A DNA stretch of 64,000 nucleotides from an uncultured Fibrobacteria bacterium (lineage in GTDB: Bacteria; Fibrobacterota; Fibrobacteria; UBA11236). Shown here piece by piece: positions 19,614 to 28,839 of this stretch. A model generated the notes under the pieces. It was not told the origin of the DNA. It worked only from the letters and a program-made list of their open reading frames with translations, and did no database searches. The stretch spans positions 800,001-864,000 of the forward strand of contig OY970309.1 in assembly GCA_963716395.1 (NCBI GenBank), written 5' to 3'. Both the position numbers and the translations under genes were made by a program. The stretch's first letter is position 1, and each line of letters begins with the position of its first letter.

Positions 19614-21542
19614 ATGGCAAAAATCTCGTTGACCTTGCCCGACGGCAAAACCCTGGAAGCCGAAGCCGGCGCGCCGTTGGCGGAAGCGGTGAAATCCATC
19701 GGCATGGGATTGTACCGCGATTCCCTCGCGGCGCTATGGAACGGCGCCGAAGTCGATCTTTCCTTTCGACCCGAGGCGTCGGGATCGCTGCGGGTGATTA
19801 CCTCCAAAAGCCCCGAGGCCCTGGAAATCATCCGCCATTCGACCGCGCATCTCATGGCCATGGCCGTCACCGAATTGTTTCCCGGCACCCTGCTCACCAT
19901 CGGCCCCGTCATCGACACCGGCTTTTACTACGACTTCGATTCGCAACATGTGTTCACGCCCGAGGATTTCGCGGCCATCGAAAAGCGCATGGCCGAATTG
20001 GCGGCCCGTGACATTCCCGTGGAGCGCTATGAAATGCCGCGCTCCGAAGCCATCGCTTATTTCAAGGATCCGCAGCATGCCGAACCGTACAAGGTCGAAT
20101 TGCTCCAAGGCTGGGATTATCAAAGCGTGAGCTTTTACCGCCAGGGTTCGTTTTCGGATTTGTGCCGCGGGCCGCATGTGCCTTCCACCGGCAAGCTGCG
20201 GTTTTTCAAGCTGCTGTCGGTGGCCGGCGCCTATTGGCGCGGCGACGTGAAGCGCCCCATGCTGCAGCGCATTTACGCCACGGCTTTTCAGACCAAGGAG
20301 CAGCTCGACACCCACCTCTTTCAAATCGAAGAGGCCAAGCGGCGCGATCACCGCAAGCTGGGCCGCGAACTCGATTACTTCCACTTCGACGAAAACACCC
20401 CGGGCATGGTCTTCTGGCATGCCCGCGGCTGGCGGCTGTACCAGAACCTGATGAATTACATTCGGACCAAGCTCGACGCCCGCGGCTATGTCGAAGTGCG
20501 CACCCCCGAAGTGGTGGATATCGGCATGTTCACCAAGTCGGGCCATGTGGGGAATTATTCCCACAACATGTTCTTCACCGAAAGTGAAAACCGCAAATAC
20601 GTGCTCAAGCCCATGAATTGTCCGTGCCATATCGCGGTCTTCAATCAGGGCCTGAAAAGTTTTCGCGACCTGCCCCTGCGCATCGCCGAGTTCGGCAAAT
20701 GTCACCGCAACGAACTGGCCGGAACCATGCACGGGCTCATGCGCGTGCGCGGTTTCACGCAAGACGACGCCCACATCTTCTGCACGCCCGAGCAAATCTC
20801 CGCCGAGGTGGCGGACTTTTGCCGCCTGCTGCAAGAGGTATACGCCGATTTCGGGTTCCGCGACATTCTGGTCAAACTCGCCGATCGCCCCCCGCAGCGC
20901 GTCGGCGACGACGCCACCTGGGACTTGGCCGAAGAAGCCTTGCGGGCTGCCTGCCGCGCCGCGGACATGCAGTACGAACTGAATCCGGGCGAAGGCGCTT
21001 TTTACGGACCCAAACTCGAATTCACCTTGCGCGACAGCATCGGCCGCGAATGGCAATGCGGCACCATTCAGGTCGATTTCAATTTGCCCAAATTTCTCGG
21101 CGCCGAATACGTGGGATCGGATTCGGCCCGCCATACCCCGGCCATGTTGCATCGTGCCATTCTCGGATCGCTGGAGCGCTTTATCGGCATTCTGATCGAG
21201 CATTTCGCCGGCGACTTGCCTTTTTGGATCAATCCCCAGCAGGTTCGCATCTTGCCGGTGTCGGAGAAATTCACCGCTGCCTGCCAAGACATTCAGGTCA
21301 AAATCCACGATGCAGGCTTTGACTGCGCGGTGGACGTTCGCAATGAAAAAATCGGATTTAAAATCCGCGAAGGCGAAAAAGACAAGGTTCCCTACCTGCT
21401 CGTCGTGGGTGAAAAAGAAGTGTCGTCCGGCACGGTTTCGGTGCGCCAACGCAAAACCGGCGATCTGGGCAGCTTTAGTTTAGACGGAATGCTGGAAAAA
21501 TTTAGATTGGATGCAGCCGGTAAAGGTCGAAAAAAGCCTTAG
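19614..21542 (+). CDS. thrS: Threonine--tRNA ligase
   Basis: TGS domain, RHSTAH, DLCRGPH, RDHRKLG, KPMNCP, RVRGFTQDDAH, GAFYGPK. Confidence 0.98.
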   Translation: MAKISLTLPDGKTLEAEAGAPLAEAVKSIGMGLYRDSLAALWNGAEVDLSFRPEASGSLRVITSKSPEALEIIRHSTAHLMAMAVTELFPGTLLTIGPVIDTGFYYDFDSQHVFTPEDFAAIEKRMAELAARDIPVERYEMPRSEAIAYFKDPQHAEPYKVELLQGWDYQSVSFYRQGSFSDLCRGPHVPSTGKLRFFKLLSVAGAYWRGDVKRPMLQRIYATAFQTKEQLDTHLFQIEEAKRRDHRKLGRELDYFHFDENTPGMVFWHARGWRLYQNLMNYIRTKLDARGYVEVRTPEVVDIGMFTKSGHVGNYSHNMFFTESENRKYVLKPMNCPCHIAVFNQGLKSFRDLPLRIAEFGKCHRNELAGTMHGLMRVRGFTQDDAHIFCTPEQISAEVADFCRLLQEVYADFGFRDILVKLADRPPQRVGDDATWDLAEEALRAACRAADMQYELNPGEGAFYGPKLEFTLRDSIGREWQCGTIQVDFNLPKFLGAEYVGSDSARHTPAMLHRAILGSLERFIGILIEHFAGDLPFWINPQQVRILPVSEKFTAACQDIQVKIHDAGFDCAVDVRNEKIGFKIREGEKDKVPYLLVVGEKEVSSGTVSVRQRKTGDLGSFSLDGMLEKFRLDAAGKGRKKP

Positions 21543-21601
21543 TCGCAAGTTTTCGGGAGCGCCGGCAACCAAGCGAAAGCCCCCGCCAAGAAAGGATCAG
21601 A

Positions 21602-22243
21602 TTGCTAAAACGACGTCCCTTTTATAGTCCCCCCAAAGAAACCATCCGCATCAACGAACACATCCGCGTTCCCGAAATCCGTGTGATAGATCATGATGGC
21701 AGCCAACTCGGTATTTTGGCGGTTGCGCAGGCCATGGAAAAAGCCCGCGAGCGCGGACTCGATCTCGTCGAAGTGGCGCCCAACGCGGCTCCACCCGTTT
21801 GCCGCATCATGGATTTCGGCAAATACAAATATGAGATCTCCAAAAAACAGAAGGCTTCCAAGGCCAAACAGCACGTCATCAAGGTGAAAGAGATCAAATT
21901 CCATCCGAAAACGGGTGAAAATGATTACAATTACCGCCTCGTTCAGGCGAGAGAATTCCTGGACAAAGGGTACAAGGTCAAAGCCACCGTGGTGTTCCGC
22001 GGCCGCGAAATGGCCCACCTCGATTACGGATCGCGCTGGCTGAAAAAGATGGGCGTGGATCTGGCGGGTGTGGCTGCGGCCGAAAATAATTCGGTGGTGG
22101 AAGGACGCAACGTCACCATGATCTTTGCCCCGGTGAAAACCGCTGGCAAGGTCAAGAAAGCTGAAGCCAAGCCGGCTGCGCAAGAAACGCCGACGACGCT
22201 GCCCGTCTCCCCCGCGCCAACGCCGGTGGCGGCGCAAAGCTAA
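21602..22243 (+). CDS. infC: Translation initiation factor IF-3 (non-ATG start, Ala/Pro/Lys-rich tail)
   Basis: RINEHIR, LDLVEVAPNAAPPVCRIMDFGKYKY, KVKEIKF, FRGRE; SD AAGGA at 21592. Confidence 0.97.
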   Translation: MLKRRPFYSPPKETIRINEHIRVPEIRVIDHDGSQLGILAVAQAMEKARERGLDLVEVAPNAAPPVCRIMDFGKYKYEISKKQKASKAKQHVIKVKEIKFHPKTGENDYNYRLVQAREFLDKGYKVKATVVFRGREMAHLDYGSRWLKKMGVDLAGVAAAENNSVVEGRNVTMIFAPVKTAGKVKKAEAKPAAQETPTTLPVSPAPTPVAAQS

Positions 22244-22258
22244 GCGGCGCAAAGCTAA
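22229..22258 (+). repeat. Perfect 15-bp tandem duplication spanning the infC stop
   Basis: GCGGCGCAAAGCTAA x2. Confidence 0.9.
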
Positions 22259-22283
22259 GAGGTCGCGGAGAAATGAGGAACAA

Positions 22284-22478
22284 ATGCCGAAGATGAAAAC
22301 ACATAGCGGAGCCAAGAAGCGCTTTCGGGTCACGGCTTCGGGCCGCGTGAAGTACCGCGGGTCCAATTTGAACCACATCAATGCGAAAAAAAAGCCGGAG
22401 CGCAAGAACCGCATCGGCGGTCCGCATTATGTCGACCCTTCGATGGAAGCCAACATCAAACGCATGTTGCTGCAGTAA
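22284..22478 (+). CDS. rpmI: 50S ribosomal protein L35
   Basis: MPKMKTHSGAKKRF; synteny with infC and rplT. Confidence 0.97.
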   Translation: MPKMKTHSGAKKRFRVTASGRVKYRGSNLNHINAKKKPERKNRIGGPHYVDPSMEANIKRMLLQ

Positions 22479-22498
22479 TCCGCGCAGGAGATTGAATC

Positions 22499-22849
22499 AT
22501 GCCCAGAAGCACCCACCGCGTCCCGGCCCGGGCCCGACGCAAAAAAGTTCTCAAAGCCGCCAAAGGCTATTACGGCCGCCGCAAATCCAATTTCAAACTG
22601 GCCAAAGAGGCCGTGGATCACGCCGGGCAATATGCCTACGCCCATCGTAAGGATCGCAAGGCCTGGTTCCGCTCGCTGTGGACGGTGCGCATCAACGCGG
22701 CCGCACGCGAACTCGGAATGACGTATTCGCGTTTCATCGCGGGGTTGAAAAAGGCGCAAGTCGCATTGGATCGCAAGATTCTCGCGGACCTGGCCGTGTT
22801 CGACGGCAACGCCTTTGCCAAATTGGTGGAGATGGCCAAAGCGGCGTAA
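22499..22849 (+). CDS. rplT: 50S ribosomal protein L20
   Basis: [14 protein letters not shown]...[12 protein letters not shown]...[10 protein letters not shown]. Confidence 0.98.
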   Translation: MPRSTHRVPARARRKKVLKAAKGYYGRRKSNFKLAKEAVDHAGQYAYAHRKDRKAWFRSLWTVRINAAARELGMTYSRFIAGLKKAQVALDRKILADLAVFDGNAFAKLVEMAKAA

Positions 22850-22855
22850 GCCGGC

Positions 22856-23890
22856 ATGGATTCCACCGCCCCCCTGGATGCGCTGAAATCGCGGCTGCTG
22901 GCCGATGTAAAAACGGTATCGGCCGCTCCCGATATCCTCGCCGTCGACGCGCTTAAAACCAAATACCTCGGCAAAAAAGGCGAGATTTACGGCTTGCTTC
23001 GCGCCATGGGCAGCATGCCCGCCGAAACCCGCCCCGCCTTCGGCAAGGCGGTGAACGAACTGCGCGATTTGGCCGAGCAGAACTTCGCCGGGCTCGAAGC
23101 CGAGGCCGCAAACCGCGACATCGAAGCGCAGTTGGCTCAAAGCGCCGCCGACCCCACCTTGCCCGGCCTGCGCACCGAACTGGGTCATTTGCATCCCTTG
23201 ACCCAGGTACGTGAAGACACCATCGACTTTTTCCGCGGGCTGGGGTTCGAACTGGCCGAAGGACCCGAAGTCGATCACGAGTGGTACAACTTCGAGGCCC
23301 TCAACATTCCGCCCGAACATCCGGCGCGCGACATGCACGACACTTTTTATGTCGACGACGGCGTGGTGCTGCGCACCCACACCTCCAATGTGCAGGTGCA
23401 TTATCTGCTCGGCCGCCGCGAGCCGCCGGTGCGCATGCTGGCCCCGGGATTCGTGTACCGCGTCGACAACGACGCCACGCATTCGCCCATGTTCCAACAG
23501 GTCGAGGCGCTGGTGGTCGACGAAGGCATTTCCTTCGCCCATCTCAAGGGCACCTTGTACCTGTGGGCCCGGCACGTGTTCGGGGCCGACACGCGCCTGC
23601 GCTTCCGGCCCAGCTATTTCCCCTTTACCGAACCCTCGGCCGAAATGGATGTGTCGTGCATTTTCTGCGGTGGCAAGGGCTGCCGCGTTTGCAAGCAGAC
23701 GGGCTGGATTGAAATCGGCGGCTGCGGCAGCGTCGACCCGGCTGTGTTCGCGCAGGTGGGTTGGGACGCCGAGCGTTACACCGGCTTCGCCTTCGGTTTC
23801 GGCATCGATCGCATCGCCATGCTGAAATACGGCATTCCTAATATCGCGCTGCTCACGCGCAACGAAGCGCGCTTTCTCCGGCAATTCTGA
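22856..23890 (+). CDS. pheS: Phenylalanine--tRNA ligase alpha subunit
   Basis: HPARDMHDTF, LRTHTS, FRPSYFPFTEPS, GFAFGFGIDR. Confidence 0.98.
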   Translation: MDSTAPLDALKSRLLADVKTVSAAPDILAVDALKTKYLGKKGEIYGLLRAMGSMPAETRPAFGKAVNELRDLAEQNFAGLEAEAANRDIEAQLAQSAADPTLPGLRTELGHLHPLTQVREDTIDFFRGLGFELAEGPEVDHEWYNFEALNIPPEHPARDMHDTFYVDDGVVLRTHTSNVQVHYLLGRREPPVRMLAPGFVYRVDNDATHSPMFQQVEALVVDEGISFAHLKGTLYLWARHVFGADTRLRFRPSYFPFTEPSAEMDVSCIFCGGKGCRVCKQTGWIEIGGCGSVDPAVFAQVGWDAERYTGFAFGFGIDRIAMLKYGIPNIALLTRNEARFLRQF

Positions 23891-23903
23891 AGGCCGAGGC
23901 GGC

Positions 23904-26330
23904 ATGCTCATCAGTTTGCATTGGCTGCGCCGCTACGTCGATCTCGACGCGCCGGCACACGATATCGCGGCGGCACTGACCGCGCTGGGTTTCGAGGTCG
24001 AAGCCTGGCACGAACGCGGCGCCGGCGTGCGCGGCGTGGTGGCGACCGAAGTACGCCGCTGCGAAGCGCATCCCGAAGCCGACCGCTTGCGCCTGTGCCG
24101 CGTATTCGACGGGGTCGAAGAATTTTCCGTAGTCTGCGGCGCGCCCAATGTGGCCGCGGGCCAGAAGGTTTTGTTCGCACGCGTGGGCGCCGAATTGCCG
24201 GGCGGAATCATCATCAAACCCGCCAAATTGCGCGGCCGTGAATCGTTCGGTATGCTTTGCGCCGAAGACGAACTGGGCCTGGGCCCGGCGCATGACGGCA
24301 TCGTGGTGCTACCGCCCGACACCCGGCCGGGGACGCCCCTGGCCGAAATTCCCGGGCTCTGCGACGCGACCTTCGAGATCAACGTCACGCCCAACCGTCC
24401 CGACGCCTTGGGCCACCTGGGCGTGGCGCGCGAGTTGGCCGCCCGCTTTGCGAAACCGCTGCGTTACCCCGATTTGGCGGTAGCCGAAACCGGAAAGCCC
24501 ATCGCCGAGCGGGTGGATCTGCGGGTCGAAGACGAAAGCGCCTGCCCGCACTATGTGGGGCGGGTGATCGAAGACGTGCACGTGGGGCCCAGTCCCGACT
24601 GGCTGGTGCAGGCCCTGGCGTCGGTGGGCAAGAAGTCGATCAACAACGTGGTCGATCTCACCAATTTCGCCTTGCTCGAGTGGGGCCAGCCGACGCATGC
24701 CTTCGACCTGGATCGATTGCAAGGGCGCCGCATCGTGGTGCGCCGCGCCCGCGACGGCGAGACCCTGACTACGCTCGACGGCGTATCGCGCCGCTGCGAC
24801 GCCCGCGACCTCGTCGTCGCCGACGCGGAAAATCCCCAGGTGCTGGCCGGTGTCATGGGCGGCGAAAGCAGCGGTGTCACGGAAAACACGCGCCAGGTAT
24901 TTCTCGAAACCGCGTACTTCGAACCCCGCACGGTGCGCGGCCAGGCGCGGCGGCATGCACTGCACAGCGATTCGTCGTACCGCTTCGAACGCGGCGTCGA
25001 TCCCCTGGCCACAGCGCGCGTATGCGACACCTTGGCGGCCCGGATCGCCGAAGTGTGTGGAGGCCGCGTGGCCCCAGGCCGGGTCGAAGCCCGGGCGCCG
25101 GGCCATCCCGTCGGGCCGCGCGCGGTTTCCCTGCGGCCGGCGCGCGTGGAAAAACTGTTGGGCCTCGCCTTTCCGGCGGACCGCATCACCGCGCTGCTGG
25201 CCAGCATCGAAATCCGCGGCGTCGACCGCGGCGCCGAGACCCTGCGCTTCGAGGTGCCGGGCTTTCGCGGCGACCTGGAACGCGAAGTCGATTTGATCGA
25301 AGAAGTGGCGCGACTCTCCGACTACAACTCGCTGCCCGCGCTGCTGCCGAGCTTTCCCTTGCGGCCGGCCCCGCTGCCGGCCGGCGAAGAAACGGCCGCG
25401 GCCCTGCGCCGCGCCTTGCGCGATCTCGGCTGCTGCGAAGCCGTAACCTTGCGGTTTACCTCGCCGCGCGCCCTGGAGCGCCTGCGGCTGACGGCCGATG
25501 ATCCCCGCCGCGACGCCGTGGCCTTGCGCAACCCGATCTCGGAAGAATGGAGCCTCTTGCCGACCACGCCCTTGCCGGCCTTGCTGCAGGCCCTGGAGCA
25601 TAATCAAAACACGCAGGAGCGCGATCTGGGCCTGTTCGAAATCGGCCGCGCCTTTTTCCGCCGCGCCAAAACCGGCGCGCGCGATGCGGGAGTGCGCGAA
25701 GAGGCGGTCTTGGGCCTGGCCTTGATGGGTCGATGGGATGGCGTCGGAGACGGAACCTCTTCCGGAACCACTTCCCCGGTGGAGTTCGCGCGCCTCAAAG
25801 GCTTGGTCGAAAACCTGCTCGATCTTCTGCGCGTGACCGCGCGCTGGCAATACGGCGCCCAGGCGGGATTTTTGCATCCCCGGGAATCGGCCGCCCTGTA
25901 CGCGCCGGCGGCGGACCGGCCCTTCGCCGAACTCGGCCTTTTGCATCCCAAGGTACAGGCCGATTACGGCTTGCGCCAGCCCGTGGCCGTGGCCGAAATC
26001 CGCCTCGAGGCTTTGGGCCCGCGCCGGCCCCGGCAATTCGCGCCCTACAGCCTGCATACCGCCGTGGTGCGCGACCTCAACGTGGTGGTGGCCGAAGCGG
26101 TGCGCCACGCCGACGTATTATCGGCGTTACCGCCGGACCGGCCCCAGCTCGAAACGGTGCGCCTCAACAGCGTGTACCGCGGCCAGGGTTTGCCCGCCGG
26201 CCACAAGGCGCTGCATTATAGCTTCCTCTACCGCCATTCCGACCGGTCGCTGACCGACGAAGAAGTCAACGCGCTGCACGAACGCCTGAAGGCGGAATTG
26301 TTGAAAAACCCGGCGATTCAGATCAAGTAG
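23904..26330 (+). CDS. pheT: Phenylalanine--tRNA ligase beta subunit
   Basis: VCGAPN, TPNRPD, NNVVDLTN, GQPTHAFD, RFERGVD, DLIEEVAR and a C-terminal FDX-ACB domain. Confidence 0.97.
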   Translation: MLISLHWLRRYVDLDAPAHDIAAALTALGFEVEAWHERGAGVRGVVATEVRRCEAHPEADRLRLCRVFDGVEEFSVVCGAPNVAAGQKVLFARVGAELPGGIIIKPAKLRGRESFGMLCAEDELGLGPAHDGIVVLPPDTRPGTPLAEIPGLCDATFEINVTPNRPDALGHLGVARELAARFAKPLRYPDLAVAETGKPIAERVDLRVEDESACPHYVGRVIEDVHVGPSPDWLVQALASVGKKSINNVVDLTNFALLEWGQPTHAFDLDRLQGRRIVVRRARDGETLTTLDGVSRRCDARDLVVADAENPQVLAGVMGGESSGVTENTRQVFLETAYFEPRTVRGQARRHALHSDSSYRFERGVDPLATARVCDTLAARIAEVCGGRVAPGRVEARAPGHPVGPRAVSLRPARVEKLLGLAFPADRITALLASIEIRGVDRGAETLRFEVPGFRGDLEREVDLIEEVARLSDYNSLPALLPSFPLRPAPLPAGEETAAALRRALRDLGCCEAVTLRFTSPRALERLRLTADDPRRDAVALRNPISEEWSLLPTTPLPALLQALEHNQNTQERDLGLFEIGRAFFRRAKTGARDAGVREEAVLGLALMGRWDGVGDGTSSGTTSPVEFARLKGLVENLLDLLRVTARWQYGAQAGFLHPRESAALYAPAADRPFAELGLLHPKVQADYGLRQPVAVAEIRLEALGPRRPRQFAPYSLHTAVVRDLNVVVAEAVRHADVLSALPPDRPQLETVRLNSVYRGQGLPAGHKALHYSFLYRHSDRSLTDEEVNALHERLKAELLKNPAIQIK

Positions 26331-26448
26331 CCCAAATGCGGGAATAGCGGGCTTCCTAATTTATTTTCCGGGGGTCGGCTCCAGGACAATCGCGGGGTGT
26401 GTTTTCCCATACCGCCCGCGCGGGTGGGGCATTAGAATAGGAGAGGTC

Positions 26449-26718
26449 ATGGAAACGGGTGAATTCGAAGCACTGGCGGGTAAGGTGGATCAGGCCGTGG
26501 GCTTGATCGAGGATTTGAAACGCGAACGCGATGCCCTGAAAACCGAATTGCATAGCGCGCTGGAGCGCGCCGGCCATCTGGAAAAAGAATTGACCGAACG
26601 GCATGAAGAAACCGAAGGCCTGCGGCGCGAGCTGGGGCAGAAATCCGAAAACATCTCGCTGGCGGGAGAGCGCATCCGCGGCTTGGTTTCGCGCCTGGAA
26701 GCGGCGCTCGCCCCATGA
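26449..26718 (+). CDS. ZapB-like coiled-coil cell division protein
   Basis: 89-aa heptad coiled coil directly upstream of zapA (ATGA overlap); SD AGGAGAGG. Confidence 0.7.
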   Translation: METGEFEALAGKVDQAVGLIEDLKRERDALKTELHSALERAGHLEKELTERHEETEGLRRELGQKSENISLAGERIRGLVSRLEAALAP

Positions 26719-27017
26719 CCCTGCAAGCCCTCAAGGTGAGCATCGGCGGCGAAGCCATTTCGCTGCGCTCGGATCAACCGCAGCGGGTGGTGGAGCAGGT
26801 GGCGGATTATCTCAACGGTAAGATCGAAGCCGCGGGTCGCGGGTCGCTCAGCGGAGACAAGTTCAGTTTGCTGGCTTTGGCCGCGCTCACCGTGGCCGGA
26901 GAAGTCTTTGAACTGCAATCGCGATTGGAGGAACACGATCAGTCCCAGCGCCGAATGCTGGCACAGGCCAAAAGCCTGACCGATACGCTGGATCGCGCCT
27001 TGGCGCCCCTGCGTTGA
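26715..27017 (+). CDS. zapA: Cell division protein ZapA
   Basis: VSIGGEAISL...VADYLNGKI...LLALAALTVAGE; position pheT-zapB-zapA-6S. Confidence 0.85.
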   Translation: MTLQALKVSIGGEAISLRSDQPQRVVEQVADYLNGKIEAAGRGSLSGDKFSLLALAALTVAGEVFELQSRLEEHDQSQRRMLAQAKSLTDTLDRALAPLR

Positions 27018-27026
27018 AGCCGGTAA

Positions 27027-27209
27027 AAAAGGGCCCTGTCGCTCGCGTCATGCGTCTCGACTTTACAAACCTTGAAATGAACAGATTGAGTCTTCCGGTT
27101 GTCTAGCGCATGCCCCCCCGTCGGGGAAGCGCGAACCAGCCGGGGCTTATCAACCCTTTTCAAACGCAAGGTCCGAGACTTATGCGCGGTAAGCCGGCAG
27201 GGCCTTTTT
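27027..27209 (+). ncRNA. ssrS: 6S RNA
   Basis: About 180-nt rod: GGGCCCTGTCG/CGGCAGGGCCT closing stem, GTCTCG/CGAGAC inner stem, AU-rich central bubble and apical stem. Canonical position after zapA. Confidence 0.85.
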
Positions 27210-27306
27210 ATGCCGGAGCCACCACACGCGTCGGGTTCCGATCGTCGCCTAAGGGGATGCGGCGGAAGTTACCGAATCCTTTGGCCGCGGGAAAGGGGAA
27301 CTGCAC

Positions 27307-27906
27307 GTGAGCGGCAAGAGAAAAGACGCGGGGCGCTCCCCGTCTTCGGTGGCCGCCAATTGGGGCTCGCGGCGCATTCGCCGCGCTTTGATTGCGGCTG
27401 CCCTAATTTTTTTCGGCATCATGGGCTTGGATCGCTTTGATCCGCCCGCGGCGTATCGTTGGATTCCTGGACCCTTGTTGTTCTTCGCGCAGATGAGCGG
27501 GCTTTTCCCCTACGCCGACCGCCACATCATCGATTATCGCGCCGAAGCGTGGCTATGCGGCGAACAGCGTTTCGCGCCCGCGGATGAAACGCCCTACTTC
27601 CCGGTACTGGCCGGAACCAAGGAGAGCCGCTTCCACCGCACCTTGTACTTCTACCATAACCATCGTCCCACCATGCGCGCGCTCGACGACTATCTGACCC
27701 GTCACTTCGCGCAGGGCAAGGAATTCGCCGGCCAACCCGTGGGCGGCGTGCGTTTTCTCCTGGTCGACGCGCCCATCCCCCATCCCGGCGAGACGGTCGA
27801 GCGGTTTCGGCGTCCTCCGCTGGACAGCATTCCGCCCGCAGAATTGCACGTGCTCTATTACACCCCCCTGGAGATGCGCATCGGCCGCTGCGGAGAAGCC
27901 CCGTGA
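27307..27906 (+). CDS. Hypothetical membrane-anchored partner of the HTTM protein (SdpA/DUF5819-like)
   Basis: One N-terminal TM helix; GTGA overlap with the HTTM gene. Confidence 0.55.
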   Translation: MSGKRKDAGRSPSSVAANWGSRRIRRALIAAALIFFGIMGLDRFDPPAAYRWIPGPLLFFAQMSGLFPYADRHIIDYRAEAWLCGEQRFAPADETPYFPVLAGTKESRFHRTLYFYHNHRPTMRALDDYLTRHFAQGKEFAGQPVGGVRFLLVDAPIPHPGETVERFRRPPLDSIPPAELHVLYYTPLEMRIGRCGEAP

Positions 27907-28805
27907 CGGCAAGCTGGAAGCGAATCTTCTTCGCACCCCAGCCCGTAGAAAGACTGGCCTTTTTCCGCATCGGCATTCCCCTGGCCGTGCTCGGGTTTTT
28001 AATGCTGCGCCTCATCCACGCCGATACCTGGCTGGGATCCAACGGCTTCTGGGTGCCGCGCATCGAGGGCCGCGACTGGCGCCAGCCTTTCTACCTGCCG
28101 CCCATGCCGGTCTGGTTGTCGTGGGTGTTCGCCGCAGTCACCATTTTGTCGGCGCTGGCCGCCGCCGCCGGCTACCGCACACGCACCGCGCTGATCACTT
28201 TTCTCGCCTGCCTGGTATACGCTTCGTTGGCCGACCGCATGGAGGCGTTCACCGTGAACAAACTCGGCACGGCCTTGATCACGGGCCTGGTGTTCACTCC
28301 CTGTGGCGCGGCTTATGGGTGGGACGCCTGGCGCGCCGCCCGTCGCGGACAAAGGCTTCCGGATCGGGTCACCTGGGGCAACGTGCGCTACTTCCAATGC
28401 CTGCTGGTCATCTTGTATTGCCTGTCGGGCATATCCAAATTACAGGGCGATTGGCTGACCTATCCCTATGTGCTGTGGACGCACATGCAGGATTCGTATC
28501 AAACCTTTCTGACGCCTTGGGTGGCCAACCATATTCCCACCGCGGCCTGGCCCTGGCTTTCCAAGGGCGTGCTGACCTTGGAAACCTTGGCCCCGCTGTG
28601 GTTTTCCTGGCCCAAAACAAGAATGCCCGCCTTGATCGCGGCCTTGGGCATGCATGCCTTCATCGGTCTTTGTTTCGGTCCCGTCCTGTGGTTTGCCCTG
28701 CTGATGATGGCGCTTGTGCTGGGGAGCTTCGCGCCGCTACCATGGCTGGCGGCGGCATTCCGGCGTCTGAGATTGGCTGCGGCCGGGCCGGCAGCTAGGT
28801 TCTAG
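27903..28805 (+). CDS. HTTM-domain (vitamin K-dependent carboxylase/SdpB-like) membrane protein
   Basis: ERLAFFRI, GYRTR, PCGAAYGWDA, ILYCLSGISKLQGDW, GMHAFIG. Confidence 0.8.
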   Translation: MTASWKRIFFAPQPVERLAFFRIGIPLAVLGFLMLRLIHADTWLGSNGFWVPRIEGRDWRQPFYLPPMPVWLSWVFAAVTILSALAAAAGYRTRTALITFLACLVYASLADRMEAFTVNKLGTALITGLVFTPCGAAYGWDAWRAARRGQRLPDRVTWGNVRYFQCLLVILYCLSGISKLQGDWLTYPYVLWTHMQDSYQTFLTPWVANHIPTAAWPWLSKGVLTLETLAPLWFSWPKTRMPALIAALGMHAFIGLCFGPVLWFALLMMALVLGSFAPLPWLAAAFRRLRLAAAGPAARF

Positions 28806-28839
28806 TTTTCCCCAAGTTGATTTCGGCAAGGAAGACGGC

